Shown in pieces: positions 46,662-55,381 of a stretch of DNA of 64,000 nt. The stretch's first letter is position 1; every line of letters begins with the position of its first letter. The DNA is from Aequorivita sp. (lineage in GTDB: Bacteria; Bacteroidota; Bacteroidia; Flavobacteriales; Flavobacteriaceae). A program made the position numbers and the translations under genes. The notes under the pieces are model-generated. The model was not told the DNA's origin. It searched no databases and saw nothing but the letters and a program-made list of their open reading frames with translations. Location of the stretch: the NCBI GenBank assembly GCA_048268785.1, contig JBLWUV010000001.1:300962-364961 (forward strand), in the 5' to 3' direction.

Positions 46662-48488
46662 TTAAAGTAAGGTAGCAAGCATAAAGGTACCCAAAATCCA
46701 AAGGACGATGGAAAGTATGCCTCCTATAATAAAGAAATGTTTGAATTTATAAAAGCCCATTCCATAAATAAGCGTATTGGTTTGATAGCCCATTGGCGTA
46801 AAAAAACTAAAATTGGCGCCGAACAAAACCGAAAGGATGAACGGTTTCATGGAAAGGTCGAGGCCTACCGCCACGGCGATAGCGATGGGCGTCATAATAA
46901 TTGCCGTAGCGTTATTGCTCACTACGCTGCTCATTAACATGGTAATTAAAAAGATCAATCCAATTACCGCCAAGTTGGATTGGCCGCTCAAAATCATCAA
47001 CAGCTGGTCCGAAATCCATTTGTCTGCGCCGGTGTTGTTCATCGCGATACCCAATGGAATCATTCCCGCCAGCAGAAAAATTACCTGCCAATTGATTCGG
47101 TGATACACATCGTTTAGTTCCAAACACCGCGTGAGCAATAATAAACTCACCCCCGTTAGCGCACTCACCAAAATCGGCAAAATGCCACTGGCGGCAAGTC
47201 CGATCACCAAGAGTAAAATAGCAAAGGAAAGCGTCCGTTTTTTGGTGTTTACGGGTGGTTTGGTTTTGTGTTCCCTTAACACCGCTACGTTTTCCATGTC
47301 GTCCAACTGGCCAATGTCATTTTTTGGAATTTCTACCAACAATCGGTCCCCGGGTTTAAGGGTTATTTGTTCAATATCTTTCCGAACCAGCCGTTCTTGG
47401 GTGTTGCGAATATTTTTTCTCTTTTTTATCGCAATGGGGAGCGCATTTTGGAACGTCTGTTTTCTAAGCTGTTTTAACGTTTTTCCTATTAAAACCGATC
47501 CCGGCAGAATCAGTAATTCCACAAAACCAAGATCGTTCTGTTTGGCAACGGTTTCAGTTTCGTCCCCGTTTTCGGACTTTATTTCGGTTTTGGGTTTTTC
47601 CTGCGTTTTGTGAACACTCAACCCTTCGTCCTCGTTCAATTTTGCCAAATTTTCAAGATCGCACATCAGCAGCAGCTTGTCATTGGCCTTAAGCGTAATG
47701 TATCGGCCGGGAGCGTTGGTGATCTGCTTCCTTCGCGTAAGTTTAAGAATGGAAATTTCGGGGTTTGTATATAAAAAAGTGTCCTCAATTTTTTTGCCGA
47801 TCAATTTGGAATTCTTTCCAATCACCACCGTAGTTACAAAATTTTCAAGATCATACAGGTCGTGCAGATTCTCTTTGGAATCCTTGGGAAGCCATTTGGA
47901 AGCCACGGTTACCACCAATATTCCAACCGCCAAAAAAACAAATCCGAAAAAGGAAAACTCAAAAAAACCGAACCTTTCCGCGCCCAAGTCCTTCGCTACC
48001 GAATTTACAATAAGGTTGGTAGAGGTTCCCATTAGCGTGCAACTTCCGCCCAAAATTCCCGCAAAGGAAATGGGCAACAAAAGCTTGGCCTGTGGCAACT
48101 TGAACCGTTTGGCCAGCTCCGAAATAATCTTAATGAAAACGATTACCACGGCCGTTGTATTTATAAATGCCGAAATGCCTCCGGTAATAAACATAAAAAC
48201 GGGCAATAGCAAAAACAACGGCAGTACGTGCAAATTTTTTAGAAACCGCGCCAAGGAAGCGATAACCCCATTATCTTCCAACGCCAAAGCAATAATCATC
48301 AGCGACAGTACCGTAATAGTCGCGGAATTCGAAAATCCGGCAATAGCTTCCTCGGGTTCAACCAGGCCGGTCAACGCCAAAGAGGCAATAATAAACATCG
48401 CGATTTTATCAACAGTGAAAACCTCGAATGCAAAAAGTAAAATGGTAAGGAACAGAATTGAAAAAACGAGAATTATTTCCGTGGTCAT
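46662..48488 (-). CDS. SLC13/DASS-family permease with central TrkA-C (RCK_C) domains
   Basis: 608 aa. Two polytopic halves separated by a ~200-aa soluble region with two TrkA-C-like repeats (...GKKIEDT... / ...GKTLKQL...). Confidence 0.8.
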   Translation of the reverse strand: MTTEIILVFSILFLTILLFAFEVFTVDKIAMFIIASLALTGLVEPEEAIAGFSNSATITVLSLMIIALALEDNGVIASLARFLKNLHVLPLFLLLPVFMFITGGISAFINTTAVVIVFIKIISELAKRFKLPQAKLLLPISFAGILGGSCTLMGTSTNLIVNSVAKDLGAERFGFFEFSFFGFVFLAVGILVVTVASKWLPKDSKENLHDLYDLENFVTTVVIGKNSKLIGKKIEDTFLYTNPEISILKLTRRKQITNAPGRYITLKANDKLLLMCDLENLAKLNEDEGLSVHKTQEKPKTEIKSENGDETETVAKQNDLGFVELLILPGSVLIGKTLKQLRKQTFQNALPIAIKKRKNIRNTQERLVRKDIEQITLKPGDRLLVEIPKNDIGQLDDMENVAVLREHKTKPPVNTKKRTLSFAILLLVIGLAASGILPILVSALTGVSLLLLTRCLELNDVYHRINWQVIFLLAGMIPLGIAMNNTGADKWISDQLLMILSGQSNLAVIGLIFLITMLMSSVVSNNATAIIMTPIAIAVAVGLDLSMKPFILSVLFGANFSFFTPMGYQTNTLIYGMGFYKFKHFFIIGGILSIVLWILGTFMLATLL

Positions 48489-48587
48489 TTGGATCGTTGG
48501 TTTGTTCCATAAAGATAACCGCAGAAAAAATTCTCGTTCCCAAGAAATTCATAAAATATTGAAACCTTCGTGGGGTTTTAACAAAAT

Positions 48588-49454
48588 TTATCCCAAATAT
48601 TTTTTTAGGATATGGCTCTTTGAAGTTTGTCGCAACCTTCGAATTGCCTTCTCGCGGATTTGCCGAACGCGTTCGCGGCTCAAATCGAAAGTGTCCCCAA
48701 TTTCCTGAAGCGTCATCGGGGGTTGGCCACAGAGCCCGAAATTTAATTTTACCACATCGGCCTCGCGCGGTGCAAGCGTATCCAATGCCCGGTTTATCTC
48801 AATGCGAAGCGATTCGTGGAGCAAACTCTTGTCGGGGTTGGGGCTTTCGCCCGAACTCAACACGTCGTAGAGATTGTTGTCATTTTCGCCTTCCTGAAAA
48901 GGCGCATCCATTGAAAGGCTGCGCGTGGAATTTTTAAGGGAGCTTTTAACCTTGGCTTCACTAAAATCCAATTCCTTCGCAATTTCAGCGGCTGTGGGCA
49001 CCCGTTGGAACTTCTGTTCCAAATGGATGGAAGCTTTTTTTATTTTATTGATATCGCCAATCTTATTCAACGGAAGCCGAACCACGCGCGATTGTTCCGC
49101 AATGGCTTGGAGAATCGCTTGGCGGATCCACCAAACAGCGTAGGAAATAAACTTGAATCCTCGGGTTTCGTCAAATCGCTTGGCCGCTTTCACAAGACCC
49201 ACATTTCCTTCATTGATCAAATCGGGAAGACTTAACCCCTGGTTTTGATATTGCTTTGCTACCGAAATTACAAAACGCAAATTGGCCCGGCTCAATTTGT
49301 TCAGGGCAGCTTGATCCCCTTCACGAATGCGCTGTGCCAACTCCACTTCCTCTTCCGCCGTTATAAGGTCAATCTTGCTTACATCTTGTAAATAACTGTT
49401 CAAAGATTTGGTTTCGCGGTTGGTTACTTGCTTCGTGATCTTAAGTTGTCTCAT
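48588..49454 (-). CDS. rpoD: Primary RNA polymerase sigma factor (Bacteroidota sigma-A / RpoD)
   Basis: 288 aa from ATG 49454 ([14 protein letters not shown]). Regions 2-4 are present ([41 protein letters not shown]). Confidence 0.95.
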   Translation of the reverse strand: MRQLKITKQVTNRETKSLNSYLQDVSKIDLITAEEEVELAQRIREGDQAALNKLSRANLRFVISVAKQYQNQGLSLPDLINEGNVGLVKAAKRFDETRGFKFISYAVWWIRQAILQAIAEQSRVVRLPLNKIGDINKIKKASIHLEQKFQRVPTAAEIAKELDFSEAKVKSSLKNSTRSLSMDAPFQEGENDNNLYDVLSSGESPNPDKSLLHESLRIEINRALDTLAPREADVVKLNFGLCGQPPMTLQEIGDTFDLSRERVRQIREKAIRRLRQTSKSHILKKYLG

Positions 49455-49580
49455 ATAATAGGTATGTTTTTTTAATAACACGGCATAGTACCACATTTTG
49501 TGGGAATATCCAAAAAGTTAACAGTAGTTGTTAAAATTTGATTATTCGCCATTTTTTAACTACTTTGGAAAAAAGTGTTT

Positions 49581-49790
49581 ATGAAAACGATAAAAATCGG
49601 TGCCTTGCTTAGTTTGTTCTTAATAAGCAGTGCCTCAATTGCCCAAAAACCCACAGAGGTTCCAAAACCAAGTGAAAAACCAATAGATCTAACCAATCCG
49701 GCAGATATCATTATCTACATCGTGCTTCCATTATGCGCCATCCTTTTTTTCTTTATTTGGCGGGGAAGGAAAAAAAAACCAAAGGAATAA
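49581..49790 (+). CDS. Small hypothetical protein with signal peptide and C-terminal TM anchor
   Basis: 69 aa from ATG 49581. MKTIKIGALLSLFLISSASIAQ..., then IIIYIVLPLCAILFFFIW followed by RGRKKKPKE. Confidence 0.5.
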   Translation: MKTIKIGALLSLFLISSASIAQKPTEVPKPSEKPIDLTNPADIIIYIVLPLCAILFFFIWRGRKKKPKE

Positions 49791-49872
49791 ATTTTTCTAT
49801 TTAACATCAATTTGAAAGCTTTGATAGTACTTTTGGTGTAGTTATTGAAACATCGTTCGAAAACTTTTTAGG

Positions 49873-50523
49873 ATGCGGATAAATTTAATTGCCATTGCCT
49901 TATTCATTTTTTGTGGAAATGCTTTTTCACAAATTGATCTTCCCAATAATTCCGTTCGTTTTGATGCCTCGCAAAACAATTTGGAAAGTTCCACAGGGTT
50001 TGAAATTCCTGCGGTGAAAGCGCCCACTCTTTCCAATACCAAAAATCCGAATGTGCCCGACAACACTCTGGGAAAGGAGGAGGAAAAACCTTTGGATTTG
50101 CAAAACGGCGATGGACTTTTGGAATATACAGGGAGCAATAAAGTCCCTAAATATTTCTCGAAAGATAAAGAGGCAAAACCCGAATTCGGAAGGGACCAAT
50201 ACCTTGGTGATTTCAAGACCACTGCAAAATTTGCCACCTTTATGTACCGCGATCACGAATTTGTGGATGGCGATATGATTCGCGTTTACGTGAACGGTGA
50301 TGTGGTGATTCCCCAAGCAAGGCTCGAAGGTAGCTTCCGCGGTTTTGATGTGCCGCTAAAATCAGGTTTCAACAAAGTAGATTTTGAGGCCCTGAATCAA
50401 GGAAGTTCCGGACCCAACACTGCCCAATTGGTGATTTATGACGAAGTGGGCAACCAATTGGCTTCCTATGAATGGAATTTGCTAACGGGCAACAAAGCCA
50501 CGGCTATTTTGGTTAAGGAATAA
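49873..50523 (+). CDS. Secreted hypothetical protein
   Basis: 216 aa with signal peptide MRINLIAIALFIFCGNAFSQ. No family recognised. Confidence 0.6.
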   Translation: MRINLIAIALFIFCGNAFSQIDLPNNSVRFDASQNNLESSTGFEIPAVKAPTLSNTKNPNVPDNTLGKEEEKPLDLQNGDGLLEYTGSNKVPKYFSKDKEAKPEFGRDQYLGDFKTTAKFATFMYRDHEFVDGDMIRVYVNGDVVIPQARLEGSFRGFDVPLKSGFNKVDFEALNQGSSGPNTAQLVIYDEVGNQLASYEWNLLTGNKATAILVKE

Positions 50524-50643
50524 AAATTTTCGATTTCTTCCATCTCGTCTTTCCGTTAAACTTCCCTTAATAAAAGCGAAAAAATACAGCGTACCCTTCC
50601 CATTTCCTTTAAGGCTTACTAATTTTAAGGAAAATTCCACACT

Positions 50644-52392
50644 ATGAATGTTTCCGAACAAATCCTCCAAATCCTTAAGGAAGTTGGGGTCACCCAAATT
50701 TGGGGTGTAACGGGCGACGCCTTAAATACGTTTACTGATGCCCTTCGCGATGATGACCAAATAAAATGGATAGCCGTGCGCCACGAAGAAAATGGTGCGT
50801 TTGCCGCCGGAGCTGAGGCCCAAATGACGGAAAACCTCGCCGTTTGTGCGGGTACAGTGGGTCCCGGTACGCTTCATTTAATTAATGGACTTTACAACGC
50901 AAAAAAGGAGCGGGTGCCGGTTTTGGCAATTAGTGGGCAAGTGGCCCGCGAAAATTTGGGTACCAATTATTTTCAGGAAGTGGGGCTCACTAAAATTTTT
51001 GATGATGTTTGCGCCTACCAAGCCGTAATACGATCGGCGGAAGAAGCACCGCGGGTCGTTTTAAAGGCCATCCAAATTGCGTTGGAACAACGCGCGGTGG
51101 TTCGGGTAGAAATCCCAGTCGATATTGCGGTGGAAGAGGCAAAGGGTTCGCATTACAAACATCCGGTGTTTCGGGGCAATGCCACCCTTGTTCCGTCTGA
51201 GGAAGACGTCAATAAAATTGCAAATGCGTTGAACAAGGCCGAAAAAATAACCATTTTGGCCGGGGCAGGTTGTCGCGGCTGCCGAGAAGCAGTTTTGTCG
51301 CTTTCAGAAAAATTAAAGGCCCCCATTGTCCATACCCTTCGCTCTTCAGACGTGATCCACAATGACGATAAAAATGTGGTTGGCCTCACGGGCTTGATCG
51401 GAAATCCTTCGGGATATCACGCCGTGATGGAGGCGGAGGTCCTTTTGATGCTGGGCACCGATTTTCCGTATAGCAATTTCCTTCCGGACGATTCCACGAT
51501 TGTCCAAATCGATAAGCGTATAGAAAATATTGGCAATCGCGTTAAAGTGGACATTGGTGTGCAGGGCGATTGTTCGGCAACGCTTCAGCAGTTGGATTCA
51601 AAAATTCTTCCAAAGAATGACACCCAATTTTTGGATGGGTTGGTGGAACATTTCACCAAATGGAAAAAGCAAAAAGAGGAGAGCAGCAGTCTGAAAAATG
51701 ATGAAGAACCGTTGCATCCACAGTTGTTTATGAATGTCATCAACCGAAAAGCCGCGAACGACGCCTGTTTTACGGTTGATGTTGGCGAAAGTGCCATTTG
51801 GGTGGCCCACCATCTAACCCTAAATGGCAAACGGAGGTTGCTCGGCTCTTTTAATCACGGTTCTATGGCCGTGGGTTTTCCGGCGGCCTTGGGAATTCAA
51901 TCTGTAAACCCGGGGCGGCAGGTCTGGGCCATCGTGGGCGATGGTGCCTTTGGAATGTGCATGAACGATTTTATAACCGCCGTTCGGTATAATTGGCCCC
52001 TGAAAATATTGGTTTACAACAATAGTCAGCTGGGCTTCGTAAAAATTGAAATGGAAGAAGCGGGCTTTGCCATGGCAGACGAGGCACTGGGGCTTCAAAA
52101 TCCAAATTTCGCCGAATATGCCAAACTTTGCGGGGGCGATGGTTTTCGCGTGACGCACGCTTCTGATATTGAAAAAGCCATCGATTTGGCAATCGCCTCC
52201 CCGAAACCCTTTATTATAGATGCGGTTACCAATCCGGGCGAACTTTCGCTGCCTCCCAACATCACGTTGGAAGAGGCGTGGGGCTTTGGAAAGTCGAAAG
52301 TGAAGGAAATTTTACTTTCGGTTAAAGGCGATAAAAACCAAAAATCCAACTTGATGGATGAAATAAAAGCCTTTTTCCACAATTCAAAATAA
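50644..52392 (+). CDS. Thiamine-diphosphate-dependent enzyme, pyruvate oxidase / pyruvate:quinone dehydrogenase (PoxB)-like
   Basis: 582 aa. The N-terminal Pyr domain (IWGVTGDALN...RHEENGAFAA), a central FAD-like domain, and the TPP motif GDGAF....N are all present. Confidence 0.8.
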   Translation: MNVSEQILQILKEVGVTQIWGVTGDALNTFTDALRDDDQIKWIAVRHEENGAFAAGAEAQMTENLAVCAGTVGPGTLHLINGLYNAKKERVPVLAISGQVARENLGTNYFQEVGLTKIFDDVCAYQAVIRSAEEAPRVVLKAIQIALEQRAVVRVEIPVDIAVEEAKGSHYKHPVFRGNATLVPSEEDVNKIANALNKAEKITILAGAGCRGCREAVLSLSEKLKAPIVHTLRSSDVIHNDDKNVVGLTGLIGNPSGYHAVMEAEVLLMLGTDFPYSNFLPDDSTIVQIDKRIENIGNRVKVDIGVQGDCSATLQQLDSKILPKNDTQFLDGLVEHFTKWKKQKEESSSLKNDEEPLHPQLFMNVINRKAANDACFTVDVGESAIWVAHHLTLNGKRRLLGSFNHGSMAVGFPAALGIQSVNPGRQVWAIVGDGAFGMCMNDFITAVRYNWPLKILVYNNSQLGFVKIEMEEAGFAMADEALGLQNPNFAEYAKLCGGDGFRVTHASDIEKAIDLAIASPKPFIIDAVTNPGELSLPPNITLEEAWGFGKSKVKEILLSVKGDKNQKSNLMDEIKAFFHNSK

Positions 52393-52415
52393 TTTAATCT
52401 TAAAATAAAAATAAT

Positions 52416-53945
52416 GTGAGAGAAGCAATCCAGTTCACTTTTATAGCCTTGGGGGTTATTGCCGTAATAACCTGCACTGCCATTTGGCCGGTTTATGGTT
52501 TTTCAATCTTGGGCGCCTTCATTTTTGGAATCGGGATCTATGACCTTTTTCAGAAAAAACACTCCATTCTTCGCAACTTTCCGGTTTTGGGCCATATGCG
52601 TTTTCTGTTGGAAATGATTGGGCCCGAACTGCACCAATATTTTGTTGAAAACGATACCGACGGAAAACCCATTGACCGGAACCATAGGGCGTATGTGTAT
52701 CAAAGATCGAAATTGCAGAACGAAACCCACCCGTTTGGGACTGAACTAAACGTGGAAGCCGAAAATTACAAATGGATGAAACACAGCATCTATCCCACCA
52801 AACTTTTGGAAACGCCGCCGCGGGTGGTGGTGGGCGGACCGGACTGCAAACAGCCATATAGCGCGAGTATTTTTAATATTTCTGCAATGAGTTATGGCGC
52901 CCTGAGCAAAAACGCGGTAATGGCTTTGAATTTGGGGGCTAAGGCCGGAAATTTTTTTCACGATACCGGCGAAGGGGGCATCTCTGATTATCATTTAAAG
53001 GGCGGCGACCTGGTTTATGAGGTAGGCACGGGCTATTTTGGCTGTAGAACGGAAGACGGGAATTTTTCTCCTCAAAAATTTAAGGAAAAGGCGGCGCTTC
53101 CCACGGTAAAAATGATTGAGATCAAGATATCCCAAGGTGCGAAACCCGGTCATGGCGGGGTGTTGCCAGCTGTAAAAAACAACGAGGAAATTGCGAAAAT
53201 TCGAGGGGTAAAACCGCACACCACGGTTCTTTCACCACCCGGCCATAGCGCGTTTAACGATGCGGAAGGATTGCTGAAATTCGTAAAACAAATGCGCGAA
53301 TTGAGTAACGGTAAACCGATCGGTTTCAAACTTTGCATTGGGAGCAAACAGGAGTTTATTGACATTTGTGAAAAAATGGTCGAAACCGGCATTAAGCCCG
53401 ATTTTATAACCGTTGATGGGTCCGAGGGAGGCACAGGCGCAGCGCCCATTGATTTTTCAAACTATGTGGGGATGCCTTGGGAAAAGGCACTTGTTTTTGT
53501 GGTGGACACTTTAAATGGCTATGGTTTAAAAAAGGATATTAAGGTGGTGACGGCAACGAAAATCTTTACCGCTTTTGATATTTTTAAAGCCCTCTGCATT
53601 GGTGCCGATATTTGCAATTCAGCGCGCGGAATGATGTTGGCTCTGGGTTGTATTCAAGCGTTGCGATGCGACACGAACAAATGTCCTACCGGTGTTACCA
53701 CCAACAACCCAAGCCTAATGCGGGGGTTGGTGGTGGAAGAAAAGTGGAAGCGCGTGCGGAATTACCAAAAGGAAACGGTCAAGGAATTTCTGGAATTATT
53801 TGCTGCCGCAGGCTGTAAAACGCTTTCAGATTTAAATAGAAGTTTTATCTTTAAGCAAGTGGAAACGGAAATAAAATGTTACGAAGAACTATATCCTCCC
53901 GTGAAAGAGGGTAAATTTATAAAGGAGTCCTACGACGCATTTTGA
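52416..53945 (+). CDS. FMN-binding glutamate synthase-family protein (GltB domain-2-like), membrane anchored
   Basis: 509 aa with a GTG start and two N-terminal TM helices. The TIM-barrel region includes KISQGAKPGHGG.LP and DGSEGGTGAAP. Confidence 0.85.
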   Translation: MREAIQFTFIALGVIAVITCTAIWPVYGFSILGAFIFGIGIYDLFQKKHSILRNFPVLGHMRFLLEMIGPELHQYFVENDTDGKPIDRNHRAYVYQRSKLQNETHPFGTELNVEAENYKWMKHSIYPTKLLETPPRVVVGGPDCKQPYSASIFNISAMSYGALSKNAVMALNLGAKAGNFFHDTGEGGISDYHLKGGDLVYEVGTGYFGCRTEDGNFSPQKFKEKAALPTVKMIEIKISQGAKPGHGGVLPAVKNNEEIAKIRGVKPHTTVLSPPGHSAFNDAEGLLKFVKQMRELSNGKPIGFKLCIGSKQEFIDICEKMVETGIKPDFITVDGSEGGTGAAPIDFSNYVGMPWEKALVFVVDTLNGYGLKKDIKVVTATKIFTAFDIFKALCIGADICNSARGMMLALGCIQALRCDTNKCPTGVTTNNPSLMRGLVVEEKWKRVRNYQKETVKEFLELFAAAGCKTLSDLNRSFIFKQVETEIKCYEELYPPVKEGKFIKESYDAF

Positions 53946-53963
53946 ACCTTAAATTCTTGCTAC

Positions 53964-54422
53964 ATGAAAAAAGTTTTGATAACCTTGGACTATAATCCAA
54001 AATCTGAAAAAGTGGTTCAGATGGGCCACGAACTGGCAAAATTGATGGACGCGGAGATTTGTCTGTTCCACGTTTTGGCCGAAGTGCGCTATTATGGAAT
54101 GCAATATGAACCCTTTATGGGCTACGAGGGTTATGCCTTTCCGGTAGATTATAAAATTCAGGAAGAATTTGTGAAGGTAGCGCAGGATTATTTGGATAAA
54201 ACCGCGGTACATTTGGGCGCCGGAAATATTTCGACCCATTTGGCCGAGGGCGATACCGCCGATGCTATTTTGGAATATGCCAAGGAATGGAGGGCAGATG
54301 TTATTGTTATGGGCGCACACCGCCACGGCACTTTGGAAAAACTTTTTCTCGGAACCGTTGCCTCCAGTGTCTTGGAGCGCACAAGCATTCCGGTTTATAT
54401 GGTTCCTACTGGATCGGAATAA
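53964..54422 (+). CDS. Universal stress protein (UspA family)
   Basis: 152 aa with the C-terminal ATP-binding motif VMGAHRHGTLEKLFLGTVASSVLERTSIPV. Confidence 0.9.
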   Translation: MKKVLITLDYNPKSEKVVQMGHELAKLMDAEICLFHVLAEVRYYGMQYEPFMGYEGYAFPVDYKIQEEFVKVAQDYLDKTAVHLGAGNISTHLAEGDTADAILEYAKEWRADVIVMGAHRHGTLEKLFLGTVASSVLERTSIPVYMVPTGSE

Positions 54423-54457
54423 GAGTAAATCTTTAAGTAAAAACTATTTAGAAAATT

Positions 54458-54727
54458 ATGGCTTTAACCAATAATGATATTATGAAAAAACTTCGCGTAG
54501 CCCATAAACTCCGCGATGATGATATTGTAAAAATCTGTGCTTTGGTCGATTTCGCAGTAACCAAAAGTGAGCTCGGGGCCATATTCCGCAATGAAAACCA
54601 CGAAAAATATATGGAATGTGGCGATCAATTTCTTCGTAATTTTTTAAACGGATTGATCGTCCATCTTCGGGGACCTATGCCAGAAAGGAAAGGCAATAGT
54701 CTAAGTTCCACCAAGAAAAAAAGCTGA
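54458..54727 (+). CDS. DUF1456 (YehS-like) single-domain protein
   Basis: 89 aa. MALTNNDIMKKLRVAHKLRDDDIVKI...FLNGLIVHLRG matches my recollection of the DUF1456 repeat. Confidence 0.7.
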   Translation: MALTNNDIMKKLRVAHKLRDDDIVKICALVDFAVTKSELGAIFRNENHEKYMECGDQFLRNFLNGLIVHLRGPMPERKGNSLSSTKKKS

Positions 54728-54750
54728 ATTAAATTTCTTTAATCCAGCTT
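54712..54750 (-). terminator. Rho-independent terminator closing the minus-strand micro-ORF array
   Basis: The minus strand reads aagctggattaaa-gaaa-tttaattcagctt, a 13-bp stem with 1 mismatch, followed by T8. It overlaps the 3' end of the convergent DUF1456 gene. Confidence 0.55.
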
Positions 54751-54776
54751 TATGAGGGGAACGGCTTTTTGGTCGG

Positions 54777-54911
54777 TCAATAGGCGTGTCGGCATGTTTT
54801 TCTAATTGTGGGATCTTCAAACAAATGCTGGTTGCCGTTTAGGAAATTCAGCGTATGTTGTCTTTGCGATCCGCATTTTATTCTTTTTTGAATGTTTCGC
54901 AAGGTTTTCAT
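54777..54911 (-). CDS. Micro-ORF 1 of tandem array (44 aa, basic, Cys/His-containing)
   Basis: Hand translation: MKTLRNIQKRIKCGSQRQHTLNFLNGNQHLFEDPTIRKTCRHAY*. It shares the MxTL start and an A-rich leader (ctcaaaaacaaaaactATG) with the two upstream micro-ORFs. Confidence 0.4.
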   Translation of the reverse strand: MKTLRNIQKRIKCGSQRQHTLNFLNGNQHLFEDPTIRKTCRHAY

Positions 54912-54935
54912 AGTTTTTGTTTTTGAGTGATTGCG

Positions 54936-55022
54936 TTACTTAAAACGTCTTTTCGAATTCCAAGTATAGGATTTGGAAGTTGCTGGTCGATGCAGTCTTT
55001 CGTTGGTGTCCAATGTTCTCAT
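54936..55022 (-). CDS. Micro-ORF 2 of tandem array (28 aa, basic)
   Basis: Hand translation: MRTLDTNERLHRPATSKSYTWNSKRRFK*. Paralogous to micro-ORF 3, with synonymous differences in the conserved codons. Confidence 0.45.
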   Translation of the reverse strand: MRTLDTNERLHRPATSKSYTWNSKRRFK

Positions 55023-55054
55023 GGTTTTAATTTTTAAGGGTTATAATCTTCTTC

Positions 55055-55141
55055 TTAGCGATACCTTCTTTTTAAATTCCAGTTATACGCTTTTGTGGTC
55101 TTCATTTTTTCGGTTAAAAGATTACTATCCAAAGTTCTCAT
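55055..55141 (-). CDS. Micro-ORF 3 of tandem array (28 aa, basic)
   Basis: Hand translation: MRTLDSNLLTEKMKTTKAYNWNLKRRYR*. Leader is ctaaaaaatttaaaaATG. Confidence 0.45.
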   Translation of the reverse strand: MRTLDSNLLTEKMKTTKAYNWNLKRRYR

Positions 55142-55331
55142 TTTTAAATTTTTTAGTGGTTTATACTTAAAAGACGCGATAGATTGATATATGTTACAGT
55201 ACTATGTAATACAAAGTAATGATTTAACGAAAGATTAACTTTTAATACTTTAAAACACTGAAATAGGAGGGTTTAACAAACCATTAACCCGAAAGGCTAC
55301 TGAAAAGGTTGTGAACGAGCGAGCTTCCCGC

Positions 55332-55339
55332 TATATTTG
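55332..55339 (+). promoter_or_regulatory. Candidate Bacteroidota -7 promoter box (TAnnTTTG) for the downstream membrane-protein gene
   Basis: TATATTTG at 55332-55339, with a TTG about 20 nt upstream (55309-55311). Its position argues for ATG 55382 rather than TTG 55337 as the start codon. Confidence 0.35.
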
Positions 55340-55381
55340 CACCCGAAAACAAAGGTGTTTTTTCAGCATAAAAATTTTAGT

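Noticed and set aside
47677-48708. 343-aa plus-strand ORF, and similar long antisense ORFs (e.g. 8174..8842, 10948..11454, 31096..31602, 61808..62407, 5687..6151, 13079..13642, 1705..2202)
   Set aside because: Each lies wholly inside, and antisense or out of frame to, a gene with unmistakable family motifs (SLC13 permease, parC, rpsA, kdsB fusion, helicase, parE, pyrB, ychF). Their translations are low-complexity with no recognisable motifs. They are typical shadow ORFs.
54973-55170. 65-aa plus-strand ORF in the DUF1456 / VTT intergenic region
   Set aside because: The translation is Leu/Phe/Ser-rich and low-complexity, with no start context. The same DNA is better explained by the minus-strand micro-ORFs, which show paralogous conservation with synonymous substitutions.
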